A DNA stretch of 64,000 nt from NCBI GenBank assembly GCA_024704765.1, contig JAKMXF010000016.1, positions 1 through 64,000 on the forward strand, written 5' to 3'. Shown one piece after another: positions 26,492 through 39,963 of this stretch. The notes below the pieces were generated by a model. That model searched no databases and was not told the DNA's origin. It worked only from the letters and a program-made list of their open reading frames with translations. The position numbers were made by a program, and so were the translations under genes. This DNA comes from Oopsacas minuta (taxonomy: Eukaryota; Animalia; Porifera). Within the stretch, counting starts at the first letter, position 1, and each line of letters begins with the position of its first letter.

Positions 26492-27586
26492 TTAATTCGT
26501 GTATATATCATCATCACTGCTGGATGAATATCTAAAATCTTCTGTAAGAGAGGAAATCAATAGTTCTGTAAGAAACATAGCCTGTGCTGCTCGCTTCTCA
26601 TCGAATGCTTCCTTCTTCTCTTCCGATTCTTTGGACATTTCTTTAATCTGTTTAGACATAACTTTAAGAGGTACTGCTACTTGTATTGCGGACTGTTTAG
26701 ACTTCACGTGGTCCTTACCTCCCTTACCCAAGGGAGTATCACCTGGAGGCTTGTAGAGGAATGGGTTCTTAGCTTCATGAGAGGAGGGCTTATCATAGAA
26801 CTGATTCAGAGCGTACTTGCTATGGTCTGTGTATTGTTTTGCTAATTGCTCGAAGCGATCCTCATTGAATGAATCAAAATTAGTCATACCAGCAGAGTGG
26901 AGCTGTATGTTATCTCTGTGAGAAGTAGTCAGTTGAGAGAGGAGGTCAGCTAGTGGATCAGCCTCCCCTCCGTGTTGGTGAGAGACCCCAGACCCTCTCT
27001 CCTTTCGAGGGAGATACCCGGAGTTAAAGAGGGAGTTAGCACTGCCTGAAGATGGCGGTGGCTGGTAGGCATTGGCGTAGAGACGATGGTAGCCCTTCAT
27101 CCGCCCCCCTCTCTGATGGATGCGACGGATTAACCGATGAGAAGACTCGTCTACTTCCTTTACAGCTTGGTGTTCTATCGCCAGATGCTCTTGAAAATCA
27201 TCTGATATGAAGTTAGCATCACCGTCTGGGAGAGCTGCACACACCGGACATACAACCTCTGTCCTCTGGTCAGGGTGTTGTGTGTTAACATGATCATGTA
27301 ATGTCTGTTCTGTGTAACCGGGTACTGCACAGTAGGGACAGGTGAATGAGTACGAATACTCTGCTGAATTCTCTCCCCCGTAGTACAGTGACATATCAGT
27401 ACGGGTTAGAATACATTGTACGGGATGAGAGGACGTGTGTCTACCGTTATTAGCAGTCTCATCTCCAAGGGAGTCGAAGCAATCAGCACAGAGATCAAAA
27501 TCAAAACAGAGTAGACATTTATAACGCTTCCCTGTGAATCCAGATCTCCCACACTTATCACAACTGACTCCTCTATGTACTGACAT
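26492..27586 (-). CDS. KCMF1: E3 ubiquitin ligase KCMF1 (ZZ zinc finger + Di19-type C2H2 fingers)
   Basis: MSVHRGVSCDKCG...YKCLLCFDFDLCADC...HPVQCILTRTDMSLYYGGE...FTCPYC...VVCPVCAALP; single intact ORF. Confidence 0.92.
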   Translation of the reverse strand: MSVHRGVSCDKCGRSGFTGKRYKCLLCFDFDLCADCFDSLGDETANNGRHTSSHPVQCILTRTDMSLYYGGENSAEYSYSFTCPYCAVPGYTEQTLHDHVNTQHPDQRTEVVCPVCAALPDGDANFISDDFQEHLAIEHQAVKEVDESSHRLIRRIHQRGGRMKGYHRLYANAYQPPPSSGSANSLFNSGYLPRKERGSGVSHQHGGEADPLADLLSQLTTSHRDNIQLHSAGMTNFDSFNEDRFEQLAKQYTDHSKYALNQFYDKPSSHEAKNPFLYKPPGDTPLGKGGKDHVKSKQSAIQVAVPLKVMSKQIKEMSKESEEKKEAFDEKRAAQAMFLTELLISSLTEDFRYSSSSDDDIYTN

Positions 27587-27620
27587 CTATCTAATGACTA
27601 TAGCTCTTAGATTGGTAAAT

Positions 27621-27985
27621 ACAGTCAATGCCGGTTATAAGAACATCGTCGGGAACTGAACATAATGTTCTTATAACCGGCATGGAATGTTCTTATATTC
27701 GGTAAAATTCAATGGTGTGAGATACAAAAGATTCGGTAAATCGGGTTATGGTTCTTATAACCGGCATGTCGTATATATAAACATGTTCTGGTAACCGAAA
27801 TAAATTATACAGGAATATATGAGAACCGTTTTCTGAATATGGTTCTTATATCCAGCATGTTCTTCCAACCGATAAAAATTCAATGAAGATACAAAAGATT
27901 CGGTAAATCGAGTTATTGTTCTTATAACCGGTGTTCTTATAACCGGTGTTCTTATAACCGGTGTTCTTATATCCGGCATCTACTA
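27621..27985. mobile_element. Tc1/pogo-type MITE with internal gttcttataaccgg repeats
   Basis: TA-cagtcaatgccggttataagaac and gttcttatatccggcatctacta-TA ends; 15-bp internal tandem repeats at about 27918-27975. Confidence 0.65.
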
Positions 27986-29499
27986 TATAAATACAGAAGA
28001 ACCGATGGTTAATGCAAGATCATGTTCAGTCAGAGTGACTTATCATAAAGGTGCTCTCAGAGAAGGAACCGGTTAGCGTCTTTATGACCCGGTCCATTCG
28101 GTAGGGATGCCAGATTTCCAAACTCAGACAAATTGTCGTCATTACGAAAATCAGGTGTTTCTTTTGATCGGACAGGAGGAGTAACGGATACCTACTTCTT
28201 TTCGGAGGCGTTTTCGCCAAGGTTTTCGAAAATGTTTCTTAATAAGAACGCAGCATTTGGGACAAGACACCAGTCACACCACTGTGGACTATTTTAATAC
28301 GAATTTCCCGATAATAAGAAAATATTTATACAAAATTCAAGTCACTACAATCGTTTTTCAACTGTTATTGCATTCTCCGGTAATCAGTGCTCTCAACTCG
28401 ATCTCGTCGTGAGTCTCACGATTTCGAGCCTTCAATACTGCATAATCCCTGGTCTTATCACAGAAAACTAATACTAAATTGCGCATCTCACGTTAGATTC
28501 ATGAGATTTTTGACGAATCTCACTTTTTTGAAGGTTCCCAGGTTGAGAACCCTGGGTTAATACGTACTCCGGATAAGAAGTACAAACTCCGCTCGTGTAT
28601 ATATTAACGAGATTCTACTGGTACAATGCTCTCAAATCTCACGATCTCGTAGGCTTACCGAATTCACGGAACAGAACGGACAAGTTTTATTGAAGAAATT
28701 TCCAATTTGTTCCTTGTACATTTGGCCGTAATCACACAATATTGTAACATAACGGTTGTCAAGCATTTGTTATGACTTTTCACTTTTTGGGTAATCAATT
28801 TTCTCAATTTATAACGAATCTATAAATATCTACTAACACCTCCTCCATTTTAATCTTGATTATTATATGGACCACCTTTCTGCTGGATAACTACCTCTCT
28901 CTAGCCAAGAAAAGGAAATCGAAAATATGAGAGGACTGTTTCTAGGCGTAATTACTTGAATATTGTACAAATGGATACAAGTTTGGCATATTGATTACCA
29001 TTGACGTGAAATGTCATAACAAATGCTTGACAAATGTTGTTCTATATTATTCTGTGATTTTCAATGTCAAATATGTGTCAAGCGACAAATTTAAGAACTT
29101 GTCCGTTCCCCTCCGTGAATTAGGGAAGCTCGATCTCGTCGTGTGTCACACGATTTTGCGTCTGCACACAGTCACATACACAAAATCCTTGGTCTATTCA
29201 CTGAAAACTAATACTACTTCATAAGGTCCAACTTTGGTATAATAGTTTCACGATTTGAAATTTACCAGTCTGGGACTTGAGGGCTCTGTATTTACCGGCG
29301 GGGGGAAATTTTTCCAGGCGGGAGTAAGAAACAAGTACAGTATAATCCCATTATGACAAGTTCGGATAGGAGCTTCCCTACTTCACAGAACGAAACGGGA
29401 AAGTTTTGCTTGAATTAACTTAAATAGACATACAAATTAAACTAACATTCAATTAGGCATAAATGCGTAAAAATAGTTCTGTAGATTTGTATCTGTTTC

Positions 29500-30400
29500 T
29501 GAGTTCTGACCCTGTGCCAAGTGGCTGTTGCAACAGGATATGATTGAGTGTACCGAAGTTCCTATAATACTGTTACTATCATCTATCCATACATATGCAT
29601 TAGCAATAGCACCAGCATCATTTTCTATATAATTTAACCCTGTCTAGTATGTATTTAAATCTGTACTGGTATAAATAATATGCTATCTACTGCTGTTGAG
29701 TTGATTGTAGCAAGATTTCCTCTCGACTAGTATATCATGTTGTATCAGTGGTAATGAAGAACTCAATTGCTGAAGTGTAATATGTTAGTTCAATAGCTGG
29801 AGTTCCTATAAGATATAAGAATATATGTATTTATCAAATTCGACTATTTTTCGTTAGGATCGAAAGCTTTTCAACTGATTATATCGGATGTGAGTGATAA
29901 ATGTAACAGTTGAATATCGTAGTTGAATCTGGGTGATAAATACTTCAATATTATCCCAGTTGTTAGTATATAACTTGTACATTGCAATTTGGAATAGTTA
30001 AAGTAGATCCTGTAGAGTTCGTATCATTTGGAAGAGTCCAAATACCATCAATATTAATTAACAGGATATCACATTGTACAGGTGAAGGAATTGCTAGCGT
30101 ATTTATCTATGGATAGAGTAGTGAAAAGCTTTCAGGAGACACAACACCGTAACTTATAGCTACAGACAATATGAAGTGATAATTGCAATCAAAAGAATAT
30201 TTCATTAAAATACAATATGTACTTATTACATTGATGTGTTTGCTGAAAATACATAAGCCACCTCTCTTGCAAGTAAATTGGGTAGAATCAGTTTTTATTT
30301 TATTTTCAACTTCACATATCACAACCTCCTGTGTCGTTGGGGAACAGACTCATGTCAATTCAAATTCAATCTCACATATGCTGACTTATTCAACACACCT
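29500..30400 (-). pseudogene. Decayed exons (IgB-like, IgC-like, CTL) of a CTL/Ig receptor paralogue
   Basis: GIWTLPNDTNSTGS...LYTNNWDNIEVFITQIQL resembles the exon at 42313-42588. GNLATINSTAVDSILF...ENDAGAIANAYVWIDDSNS resembles the CTL at 40150-40586. Multiple stops. Confidence 0.65.
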
Positions 30401-30652
30401 TCATCCTCTCATTATACCCCCAATTACACAGTATTTTCTCTAAGACAGAAGAATTCTATATTACAAGAAAACGAATTTCAGGTAGTTAGATTCAATGGTT
30501 GTGTTGAGTAATATTATATTTATGGAAAATATCTCTAGATTTGATAGCAAGACAAAATAGCAAATTGGACGGATAAACAACTTTGAACAACAGTTTGTAC
30601 AGTTACGTTACAGATAGGACAAAATTGTGAGATTCTTAAAACAAGTAAAACA

Positions 30653-30654
<2 letters not shown>

Positions 30655-30708
<54 letters not shown>
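30655..30708. repeat. (TG)n microsatellite
   Basis: Direct reading. Confidence 0.95.
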
Positions 30709-30711
<3 letters not shown>

Positions 30712-31477
30712 TTGGAGTGTATTTGGAGTGTATATAAATAATGAAATATTATAAAACATATCTTTCTCTCAACTTGACTACCTAAAGGGAGTAGGGATGC
30801 ACAAATCTTTTATAGATCAACCAACATTGGGCCATTTTAGTAGGAGGTTTCATGTTAATTAAGGCGCAATGGCCCATTAAGACAACATAAACCTAAACTA
30901 CTGAATTACTTAATTAATGAATTAATGAACTTCCATAATGCTTTCCAAGCCTAATTGGAAGTGAAAATTCTGATTAACTTAACTGGTAATTTATTAATTA
31001 CACTTTTCCCGCTATTTCAATACTTTGATCATCACTGATATAAATACTTAACTTTGTAACTATTCACAAATGAATACTAATCAACAAATTTCGAATAGAA
31101 GGGGAAGTCGTAGACCTGGTGGGCCTGGGCGTGGTGACCATGGCCACTCTAATTTAAACCAATTACTGAAAACATATACAAATATTGTAATGGTAAGTGC
31201 ACATTGTAATTACAATCTATATAAATCAACCGTTCACCCTTTATTTCAATTTAGTGCGAAAATGGGAGCCGGAGGAGGGGTGAAAGGAGGCGGCAACAAC
31301 GCCTTCACCACCGCTAACGACAAAAAACATATGTGATGTGTCTGTGTCTATATTTCGTATTTTGTTTAGTCTGTTGTGTAAATATCGCATAGAAATTAAA
31401 TTCTTACATAGAACCAATTAAACAGCATAATTGTAGAAAATTTGGGTATTAAGGAATGAATTTAACACTCAACTGTT

Positions 31478-32944
31478 GAGGTTATAGCATAAAGTTATAG
31501 AGGTTATAGCATAAAGTTATAGAGGTTATAGCATAAAGTTATAGAGGTTATAGCATAAAGTTATAGAGGTTATAGCATAAAGTTATAGAGGTTATAGCAT
31601 AAAGTTATAGAGGTTATAGCATAAAGTTATAGAGGTTGTAGCATAAAGTTATAGAGGTTATAGCATAAAGTTATAGAGGTTGTAGCATAAAGTTATAGAG
31701 GTTATAGCATAAAGTTATAGAGGTTATAGCATAAAGTTATAGAGGTTGTAGCATAAAGTTATAGAGGTTGTAGCATAAAGTTATAGAGGTTATAGCATAA
31801 AGTTATAGAGGTTGTAGCATAAAGTTATAGAGGTTATAGCATAAAGTTATAGAGGTTATAGCATAAAGTTATAGAGGTTGTAGCATAAAGTTATAGAGGT
31901 TGTAGCATAAAGTTATAGAGGTTATAGCATAAAGTTATAGAGGTTATAGCATAAAGTTATAGAGGTTATAGCATAAAGTTATAGAGGTTGTAGCATAAAG
32001 TTATAGAGGTTATAGCATAAAGTTATAGAGGTTGTAGCATAAAGTTATAGACGTTATAGCATAAAGTTATGGAGGTTATAGCATAAAGTTATAGAGGTTA
32101 TAGCATAAAGTTATAGAGGTTGTAGCATAAAGTTATAGAGGTTGTAGCATAAAGTTATAGAGGTTATAGCATAAAGTTATAGAGGTTATAGCATAAAGTT
32201 ATAGAGGTTATAGCATAAAGTTATAGAGGTTATAGCATAAAGTTATAGAGGTTGTAGCATAAAGTTATAGAGGTTGTAGCATAAAGTTATAGAGGTTGTA
32301 GCATAAAGTTATAGAGGTTATAGCATAAAGTTATAGAGGTTATAGCATAAAGTTATAGAGGTTGTAGCATAAAGTTATAGAGGTTGTAGCATAAAGTTAT
32401 AGAGGTTGTAGCATAAAGTTATAGAGGTTATAGCATAAAGTTATAGAGGTTGTAGCATAAAGTTATTGAGGTTATAGCATAAAGTTATAGAGGTTATAGC
32501 ATAAAGTTATAGAGGTTATAGCATAAAGTTATAGAGGTTGTAGCATAAAGTTATAGAGGTTATAGCATAAAGTTATAGAGGTTGTAGCATAAAGTTATAG
32601 AGGTTATAGCATAAAGTTATAGAGGTTGTAGCATAAAGTTATAGAGGTTATAGCATAAAGTTATAGAGGTTATAGCATAAAGTTATAGAGGTTGTAGCAT
32701 AAAGTTATAGAGGTTGTAGCATAAAGTTATAGAGGTTATAGCATAAAGTCATAGAGGTTATAGCATAAAGTTATAGAGGTTATAGCATAAAGTTATAGAG
32801 GTTATAGCATAAAGTTATAGAGGTTGTAGCATAAAGTTATAGAGGTTATAGCATAAAGTTATAGAGGTTGTAGCATAAAGTTATAGAGGTTATAGCATAA
32901 AGTTATAGAGGTTATAGCATAAAGTTATAGAGGTTGTAGCATAA
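31478..32944. repeat. 22-bp minisatellite gaggtt(a/g)tagcataaagttata, about 66 copies
   Basis: Direct reading; nearly invariant except one a/g site. Confidence 0.97.
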
Positions 32945-35527
32945 GTGAATTACATTGTTCTAAATATATCTATAATATAATACTCAAAGGGGCGTAAATT
33001 TGGGGAATAATGGATAACTCAAGGTACAATGCGACGAATTCATCGCGAAGCGATACATAAATATATAACATACCAATATCCATATTATATTGCTGGGGTA
33101 GAACAGATCCGTTCGTCAGCTGTTGTGACACATTTTTGACACCTTTTAGCTGTGCTATTGCATTCTTTAAATCTATATCTTCATTTCTATCAGCTCTGTG
33201 TTCTGATTGGTTAAAACATCCCTCTCAAACCACTTATCACCTCTGGAATGTGACACATTTCTTCCTATAGACTAACAAGAATGTATAACACATTCCTACA
33301 ATTACTATGCTAACACTACAAATATGTACCTCTGTTAGAATTGGTGCCTCATCATTACTACTGTCGATAGAGAATGTGTCCTCAAGTGGCCCATGTCACT
33401 TTTGAATGTGTCAAGCAAATCCTCTTCATCTCTCATGTCGATCTTTGTATTCTTCATTTGTTACACAATCGTGTAGTTTTCTTATGAACCAAGAAACACC
33501 ATCATCTGATGATATGTATCTGTACCCTCAGAAGTGTCATACACGATTAGGATGTCACCTATCCTCCTTTTTCTATGATGGTGTACATTGAACACTTTTT
33601 CATCTGTTGGATTATAGTGTACTTCCATACGATCCTCTCTGCATGCTTGTATTAGGAAGATCTTTTGGATATCTAATATGTTCTCATTTGAGGTAAATAG
33701 TATATTCCTTGTGTCATTGTTACGCTATCACAATCGGTTCCCAATATCATCCCATTTTTACCCGGTGTGACGCAATGGATATGAATAATACTGGACATAT
33801 AGGTACATTGTCTGAAAATTCTACTAATTTCTTTCTCATTTCTTTTCCTGTCAATTCGAAATGGAGGTATCCATCATAATTGACCTTATATTGATCGTAT
33901 ATCCGTGTTAAATAACGCATTCCTCCTACAGCACCTTTCTCTCCTTATACATCTTTTACGGAACGTTCGGTTTGCTATTATGATCCCATAACCTTGAGCT
34001 TCTTCATACCTCTTCCTCTGATTAACAGTTTCATTGAATGAGTAGGTCAGTTCGGAATCAACTACATGAAAAATACATTATGAAGACGTACACGTGATCA
34101 CTCGCGGCATTCGAGCTATTTATTTGTGCGAATGGTGTTAAAAATTGGTGCTAGAACACTGCACTCGATGACAACCGATGGAATTTATTTCTTTGACGGT
34201 TGAGAACTATATTTGTAAGTTTCACACTTCGATATAAGCAGTAGTTGACTGTAATGATAGTATAAGTACATTAAATTACTCACAGCTGGATGATCTTGTT
34301 TTAACTTAGGAGGCTTTTCTTTCTTTGGAGCCAAAGGACTGATACATTCATCACTTTCGGCCATATTCTATTTATTTAATTGTTAATTTGTCGCTAGGGG
34401 AGTGAGGTGACGTATCAGAGTTAGATGCACTAAGAGGGCAATTTGGAAGCTAATTCCTGTCAGCGTTCCATGACCCGAACGGACAGATATAATTTCGGGT
34501 AGAATAGTGTCATGGAACGCTGACCGGTTTAATAGGACACTGAGATTTGTGTATTTAACCTCACTGTAAAAATGTATTACCACAGAAGTATAACACCATT
34601 ATCTGAAGTTATTATCTACACAAATTTGTTGACTGTTTTACTAAACTTACACTCAATATTGTTATTACTAGCTATGGTAAACAATACATACTATTGAGTC
34701 ACTATAGGATATACTTCACACTTTCACAACTAAAAGATGGGAGAATGTTATTTATTATCGTAACATAGCAACAAGTTGTCATATATGGAATGTGTAAATG
34801 GTACGGTTAAGCGAAGTAATTATTTATCATATTGATTTCTTATTTTAACACATTTTTGTGCATCAATAAAGTCTTTTTCATCGAAATTATCATTTCCAGC
34901 TTAAAAGTAATTTATCCCGCATTTACCCGCCTAATTTGCATTCTTCTATGTACATATTCACGCGCGTAAATTTAACTCACCTTTTTCTTCTTAATTGAAT
35001 CACACCACTATATTTCATCTCCTTTTTCGACCCCTTGCACGCTTGCATAATAAACACTTTTGGAATACCAAGTAAGTTCTCGTTACCCAAGGGTCCAAAC
35101 AAGTTTTCTTAAGAACTTCAATCAAAACTTATTTACAAAAACAAGACTGAGTATATATACACAAAATGCTAATATCAATAAATAACGACAAATAATCAGC
35201 CAACTTTCCAACTTCTTAGCTTTTGACACCTAAAAATATTATTAATTGAGCATTTGTAGTGAAATTTCCATATTGTTATTATTTAATTTATCATATTTTC
35301 ACACCTTTACAGAAGGTGATTAAATCGAAGTAATACTTGGACCAATTTTAGTGTAGCTCCTAAAGGGAGATGCCCGAATGGCATCGACGATGAGCGACCT
35401 CCTTACATACGTCCACATGAATCATATTTCACACCTTTCTATGTACATCAAAAGACGCTATAGATTAGTTTTCAACATGTTGTCAAGGATCAGTGCCATT
35501 GTCCAATTTATGGTACCAATTTCAATA

Positions 35528-36022
35528 CAGTGAAACCTCTGGAATCGGGGCATGCGGGATACTGGGAAAATTTCTGACGCCCTGATTGTGGAAATTCCCC
35601 GATTCTAGATTTCAGTGTGGTATTGTGTCAAAATCACCATTTTTCGTATATATGTAGTCATATTATGTCACACTATTGTTTCGTATTGCTAGTCACACTG
35701 TAACGTTAAAATATTTAATTCTGCTACATATTTACCCTCAGAGGCGGATTGAGTTGATTTCTTGTTCACTTACGTAGCATTTATATTGTGTTTGATTCGA
35801 TAGTTATTGCGAAAATAAGAATTTATTGAGTTGATTTCAGTATTGATGCCCCGATTGCGTAGGGATTTTAGTATTAGTTCTATGCAAGCTGAAAGAATTG
35901 GATTTTCAGGATTTCCCCGATTCCAGAGGTTCATTTGTATGGGAAATATTTTCGCGAAATTCAAGTGCCCCGATTTCAGAGGTTCCCCGATTCCAGAGAC
36001 CCCGATTCCAGAGGTTTCACTG
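35528..36022. mobile_element. Tc1/pogo-type MITE overlapping the caspase 3' end
   Basis: TA-cagtgaaacctctggaatcgggg and ccccgattccagaggtttcactg-TA perfect TIRs with TA TSD. Confidence 0.85.
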
Positions 36023-37160
36023 TATACGGAGGATAGCAATCTGAAATTAATATAGTACTCGCATTAACGCTAACGAATTCCTCAACGGTTAAGTAACTTA
36101 CTTTCATGTTTTTTTCCTTCACTGGAATATGTAGGAATTTCGTCAGGGTAGAATGGTATGTTGGGGTCTCAGTCACCCTCACTTCAGTAATTTCCTTACC
36201 TTTTTCTTGATCCTCTTTTGCATCATCAGATATCTCCCGATGACTGTTTAAAACCCAAAACGTACAGACGGTTACAACTTCCACGAAGTGTAGATTTCTA
36301 TATTTTTGCATCGTCACGCATTTGTATAGAATTTCTAAGAGCCATGAGCCTTGTTCCTCACTCCTAAACGACACGTACCCTTCCGTTGTCGAGTAGATCA
36401 TCAGGAAATCGCTCTGCTTCGTTGCGAATTGTATCGTTTCTTCTTCTTGCATGTCATCAACACCACTGAACGCTTCCTCACGTTTTTTTCCTCTGCATGC
36501 TTGTATAATGAACACCTTAGGAATGCCCATTAATCTGTGGTTTTGCGCCAAGATGTTGGCTAACGTTTGCACTGTTGTTTGGTTGTTAATAACCGCCTCT
36601 TGTAGCTTTCCTTGCTTCCCACCGTGTGTAGCTATTGACACGAATACTACCGGGCAATTTTGCTTCACATTATCAGCAAACTCTTGTACTATTTTCTCCA
36701 TTCTCTCTACCTCTTTATAATTCTTATCCTCTACTACCTTTATTTCATTTATCTCCTCATAGTTCTTATCCTCTAGCTCCTCAGTTTCTTGCTTGCTTAC
36801 TATTTTCCGTCCTTTCTCCGTTACTTTTGCATCTTCGGTAGTTTTTTCTTCTACTGGCAGTTGATTAAAATATGATTGACAGTCTATGCCATAACATTTG
36901 TATATCCCTTTAAGATACTTTAAGTCCTCATCTGCTCCCTTCCTCTCTTTGTCCACCATTTTGCAGAAACGATCCTTTTTATTTTTCGAATCATGAACCT
37001 TTATCCAGAAATCTTTGTTTACAATTATTATGCCTTCACCTCTACCCTTTTTTTCGAAAGGGTAGTTCAGTTCATCCTCACATTCTCTGCAAACTATAGA
37101 ATGAATAAATGATAATTCAACATCACAATATTTTTTGGAATAGACAAAATCTATCCCCAT
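35976..37160 (-). CDS. Caspase (C14A), no obvious CARD/DED prodomain
   Basis: Catalytic His in VSIATHGG, catalytic Cys in VFIIQACRG, p10 motifs SDFLMIYST..GYVSFR..QGSWLL. A possible short upstream exon at 37240-37346 could not be joined in frame. Confidence 0.88.
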   Translation of the reverse strand: MGIDFVYSKKYCDVELSFIHSIVCRECEDELNYPFEKKGRGEGIIIVNKDFWIKVHDSKNKKDRFCKMVDKERKGADEDLKYLKGIYKCYGIDCQSYFNQLPVEEKTTEDAKVTEKGRKIVSKQETEELEDKNYEEINEIKVVEDKNYKEVERMEKIVQEFADNVKQNCPVVFVSIATHGGKQGKLQEAVINNQTTVQTLANILAQNHRLMGIPKVFIIQACRGKKREEAFSGVDDMQEEETIQFATKQSDFLMIYSTTEGYVSFRSEEQGSWLLEILYKCVTMQKYRNLHFVEVVTVCTFWVLNSHREISDDAKEDQEKGKEITEVRVTETPTYHSTLTKFLHIPVKEKNMKVSYLTVEEFVSVNASTILISDCYPPYTVKPLESGSLESGNL

Positions 37161-38587
37161 AGAGTTAATGTTATTTCTACTGCATATGCTTTGTTCCCTT
37201 ATCTCATTATCACTAGCATATTAAAACAGAAACAACTTACTTGGGCGAATGTGATACATCACTTCACCATCTTGCAGAGTTTTTCCCTTAAGATCCTTTG
37301 TTACTTCAGTGTATTTTGAAGTGTCTTCCGACGTGTCTACTGCCATTCTTCAGAAATTTGCTAAAAACAGTTAGACATATATAACCATCAAGCATGCTTA
37401 TGTTTAACAATACATATATTCTTACAGCTTATATTACTGAAACTTGTTCATTATTTGAGAATTTTGAATAATTCGTCAGAAATTATTTTTCTGATATCTA
37501 CCTGATTCCACCAATTTGTTACGTATTGTATTTGTAAATTTGTGGAGCGAACCTGGAGCGCGCACCATCTTTGAAGGAGCGAACACACTGGAGCGGGGTC
37601 CTATTTAATTGCAAACAATTTACAAATTCATCGCTATTTCTGCATAAAATTCAATATTTTTGCTATAAAAATGGATACTGTGACACTTTTGTATAATTCA
37701 CAATTTATTCAAATGGTTTGACGTTACACATTTAGTTAAATTCAATCCTAATTAATACAAATCTGATGTAAATCTGAAAGAATGAAAAAGGACCGCGATT
37801 GGAGCGAGACGCGGAGCAAGACCGCGCTCCAAAAAATAAGAAGCGTTTAATGTTCTGTGTATTTGTAAAATTAGAATATCATGTCCTATTTATGGAAATT
37901 CTATGATCTTCTAGATCTATCCCTGATACCCATCATGTACCATGTGATTATTTCACACCTTATCTCTATTTGCTAATTATTTGCAAATTCAAGAAAATTA
38001 GCATATTATTTACACAGAAATATGCTAACGATAATTTGCTAATTTCTGCAATAAGAGAGTATAGCTATTACTGATTGTCTTGCAATATTATGTGTTACAT
38101 TCATTGGAATTTTGTATTATATCTTTCTTCCAAAATTGCTAATTTATGCCAGAAATTTCTTAATAGAATAGTTATTTGATTATTGGGGAGGTAGTACTGA
38201 TGTTGTGTAGCCTTAAGGACGCTTTCCACAAATAGTGTCAAAGCGTTTACCTTTCAGATTAAGTATGTATATGCTAAAGAATAAAATACAAAACAGTACA
38301 AGAAAATTATGTTCAAGTTACTTCTAATTCGTAGTGAATAAATGGGTCTTTAAGTGTTTCTTTGCCCCCCATAGAATGACTAAAATGTAAGATCGAAAAT
38401 CATTTAATGGTTAAACAGTCTTACAAACCTTCATTTGCCCCCCTTACATAAAATTCTGAAAGAAACCCTGCACCGTATAATTATACATATATATATATAT
38501 TGTATTTTCTTGAATAATCGCCGCCCTGAGGGGATAATCATTTCATTGCGCAACTGTGTTCCCCTTCCCTCTATCGATTTAAATGCT

Positions 38588-38634
<47 letters not shown>

Positions 38635-38635
38635 G
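38588..38635. repeat. (TAT)n microsatellite
   Basis: Direct reading. Confidence 0.95.
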
Positions 38636-38639
38636 TTCA

Positions 38640-38950
38640 CAGTAACCCAACTAACTTCTCAGACTGTATTAACCTCAATACAATCACCATCATTAGTTGT
38701 TGGTTGTACAGTTTGAATTACTTAATACTGTATCATCAGATCATGTATATATTCCATCTCCATCTATATCATTCAATCCTATCCAAAGTTATTACTCATG
38801 ATAATTGTGTATAAGTAATTATTCTCTCTCTCAGTAATACTAGTCAAGTCACCACCCCATACAGCACAACTAGATTGAGCATCTAACCAGTTGATTCAAT
38901 CACTCACTTCATATAATCGATAACATGATCCTTTTAGATGAGATCACATC
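38640..38950 (-). pseudogene. Inverted, decayed CTL exon paralogous to 41152-41556
   Basis: 38800-38922 is the reverse complement of 41193-41315 with 2 mismatches (one creates TGA); the remainder is diverged and contains stops. Confidence 0.85.
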
Positions 38951-39963
38951 CTTGGGAGTTAAATATTCACAAATATTGAAGCTATAACTTGAGAATCAGT
39001 ATTTCTTGAAAATAATGGAATTGAAGTTATACTTGTATTTCTCAGTTTTTCCCCCTTTTAGCATGTATTATCTTCAGGCGTTATGTTTCGTGTTTAATTG
39101 TAAAACCCTACAATCTGATTGAGCCAAATACAGAGGTGTCAATAGGTGTGAAAAATTTCAAATGTCAGGTGCACAACTAGATAGTACTTCGAGTACACAT
39201 GCCAAATTTGGTGCCTTAATATTTAAGGTATGAACAGCAGAGCGAAAAATGTATATACACTAAGTCAACCATTTTATAACTGAGCCACAATAGTTTAGTC
39301 GGCACAGTAAAATTGGATAATTACTTTTCTTTTCACAAACATTCTTATTCTAATCAACTCTATAATGAGGTAGGTAACTATGTAGGAGATTTCGGTGATT
39401 CTCAAAGCAGATTACTTTATGCAATTTTACATACTTCAAAATTGAGTCATTTATGATCCAGTTCATAGACTTCTATAACTCAACTGTCTTGCAAAATGGA
39501 AATACTTTGTGGAAGATATCCCCGGTTTGTTGATTCGTCTCTACTCATTTTACCATTTCATGCTGTTCAGCTACTATTAGACAGTTTAATTTATCCAAAT
39601 AGTTGGGGGTTGTCTTATCCATGAACTTCATAATTCAATTTTAAGCTATTTCATTACATTCCAGAATCACTCGCACTCTTGCATTGGAATTATAGTGGGT
39701 ATATTTCTGCTGTAATAATGTGGATCATAATATCTTATTACACATATTTTGTAGATTAAGATAATCTACAAAATTGGGAAAGAATTACTAGAGATGGTAT
39801 CTGTGTGTGAACCTAACACACGGATACCATGCCAAACTCTTCTAATATCAAATTTCAAACCATTAATGTATTGCAATGTACTCCAAGGACATATCAAATT
39901 GTATTACTATATAATGAAATGAGTATATATTTGCATAAATTTGAATCTAAGCTGTAAAGAAAT

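Noticed and set aside
31478-32944. CRISPR-like array
   Set aside because: Head-to-tail units with no unique spacers, in a eukaryotic context with no cas genes.
33130-33900. Minus-strand coding-like purine-rich stretch
   Set aside because: Multiple stops and no recognisable motif; it cannot be assigned.
35770-36055. ORFs with repeated ISE/IGE/IPE motifs
   Set aside because: They lie within the MITE's internal TIR-derived repeats.
38431-38716. Poly-N / poly-L ORFs
   Set aside because: Derived from the (TAT)n microsatellite.
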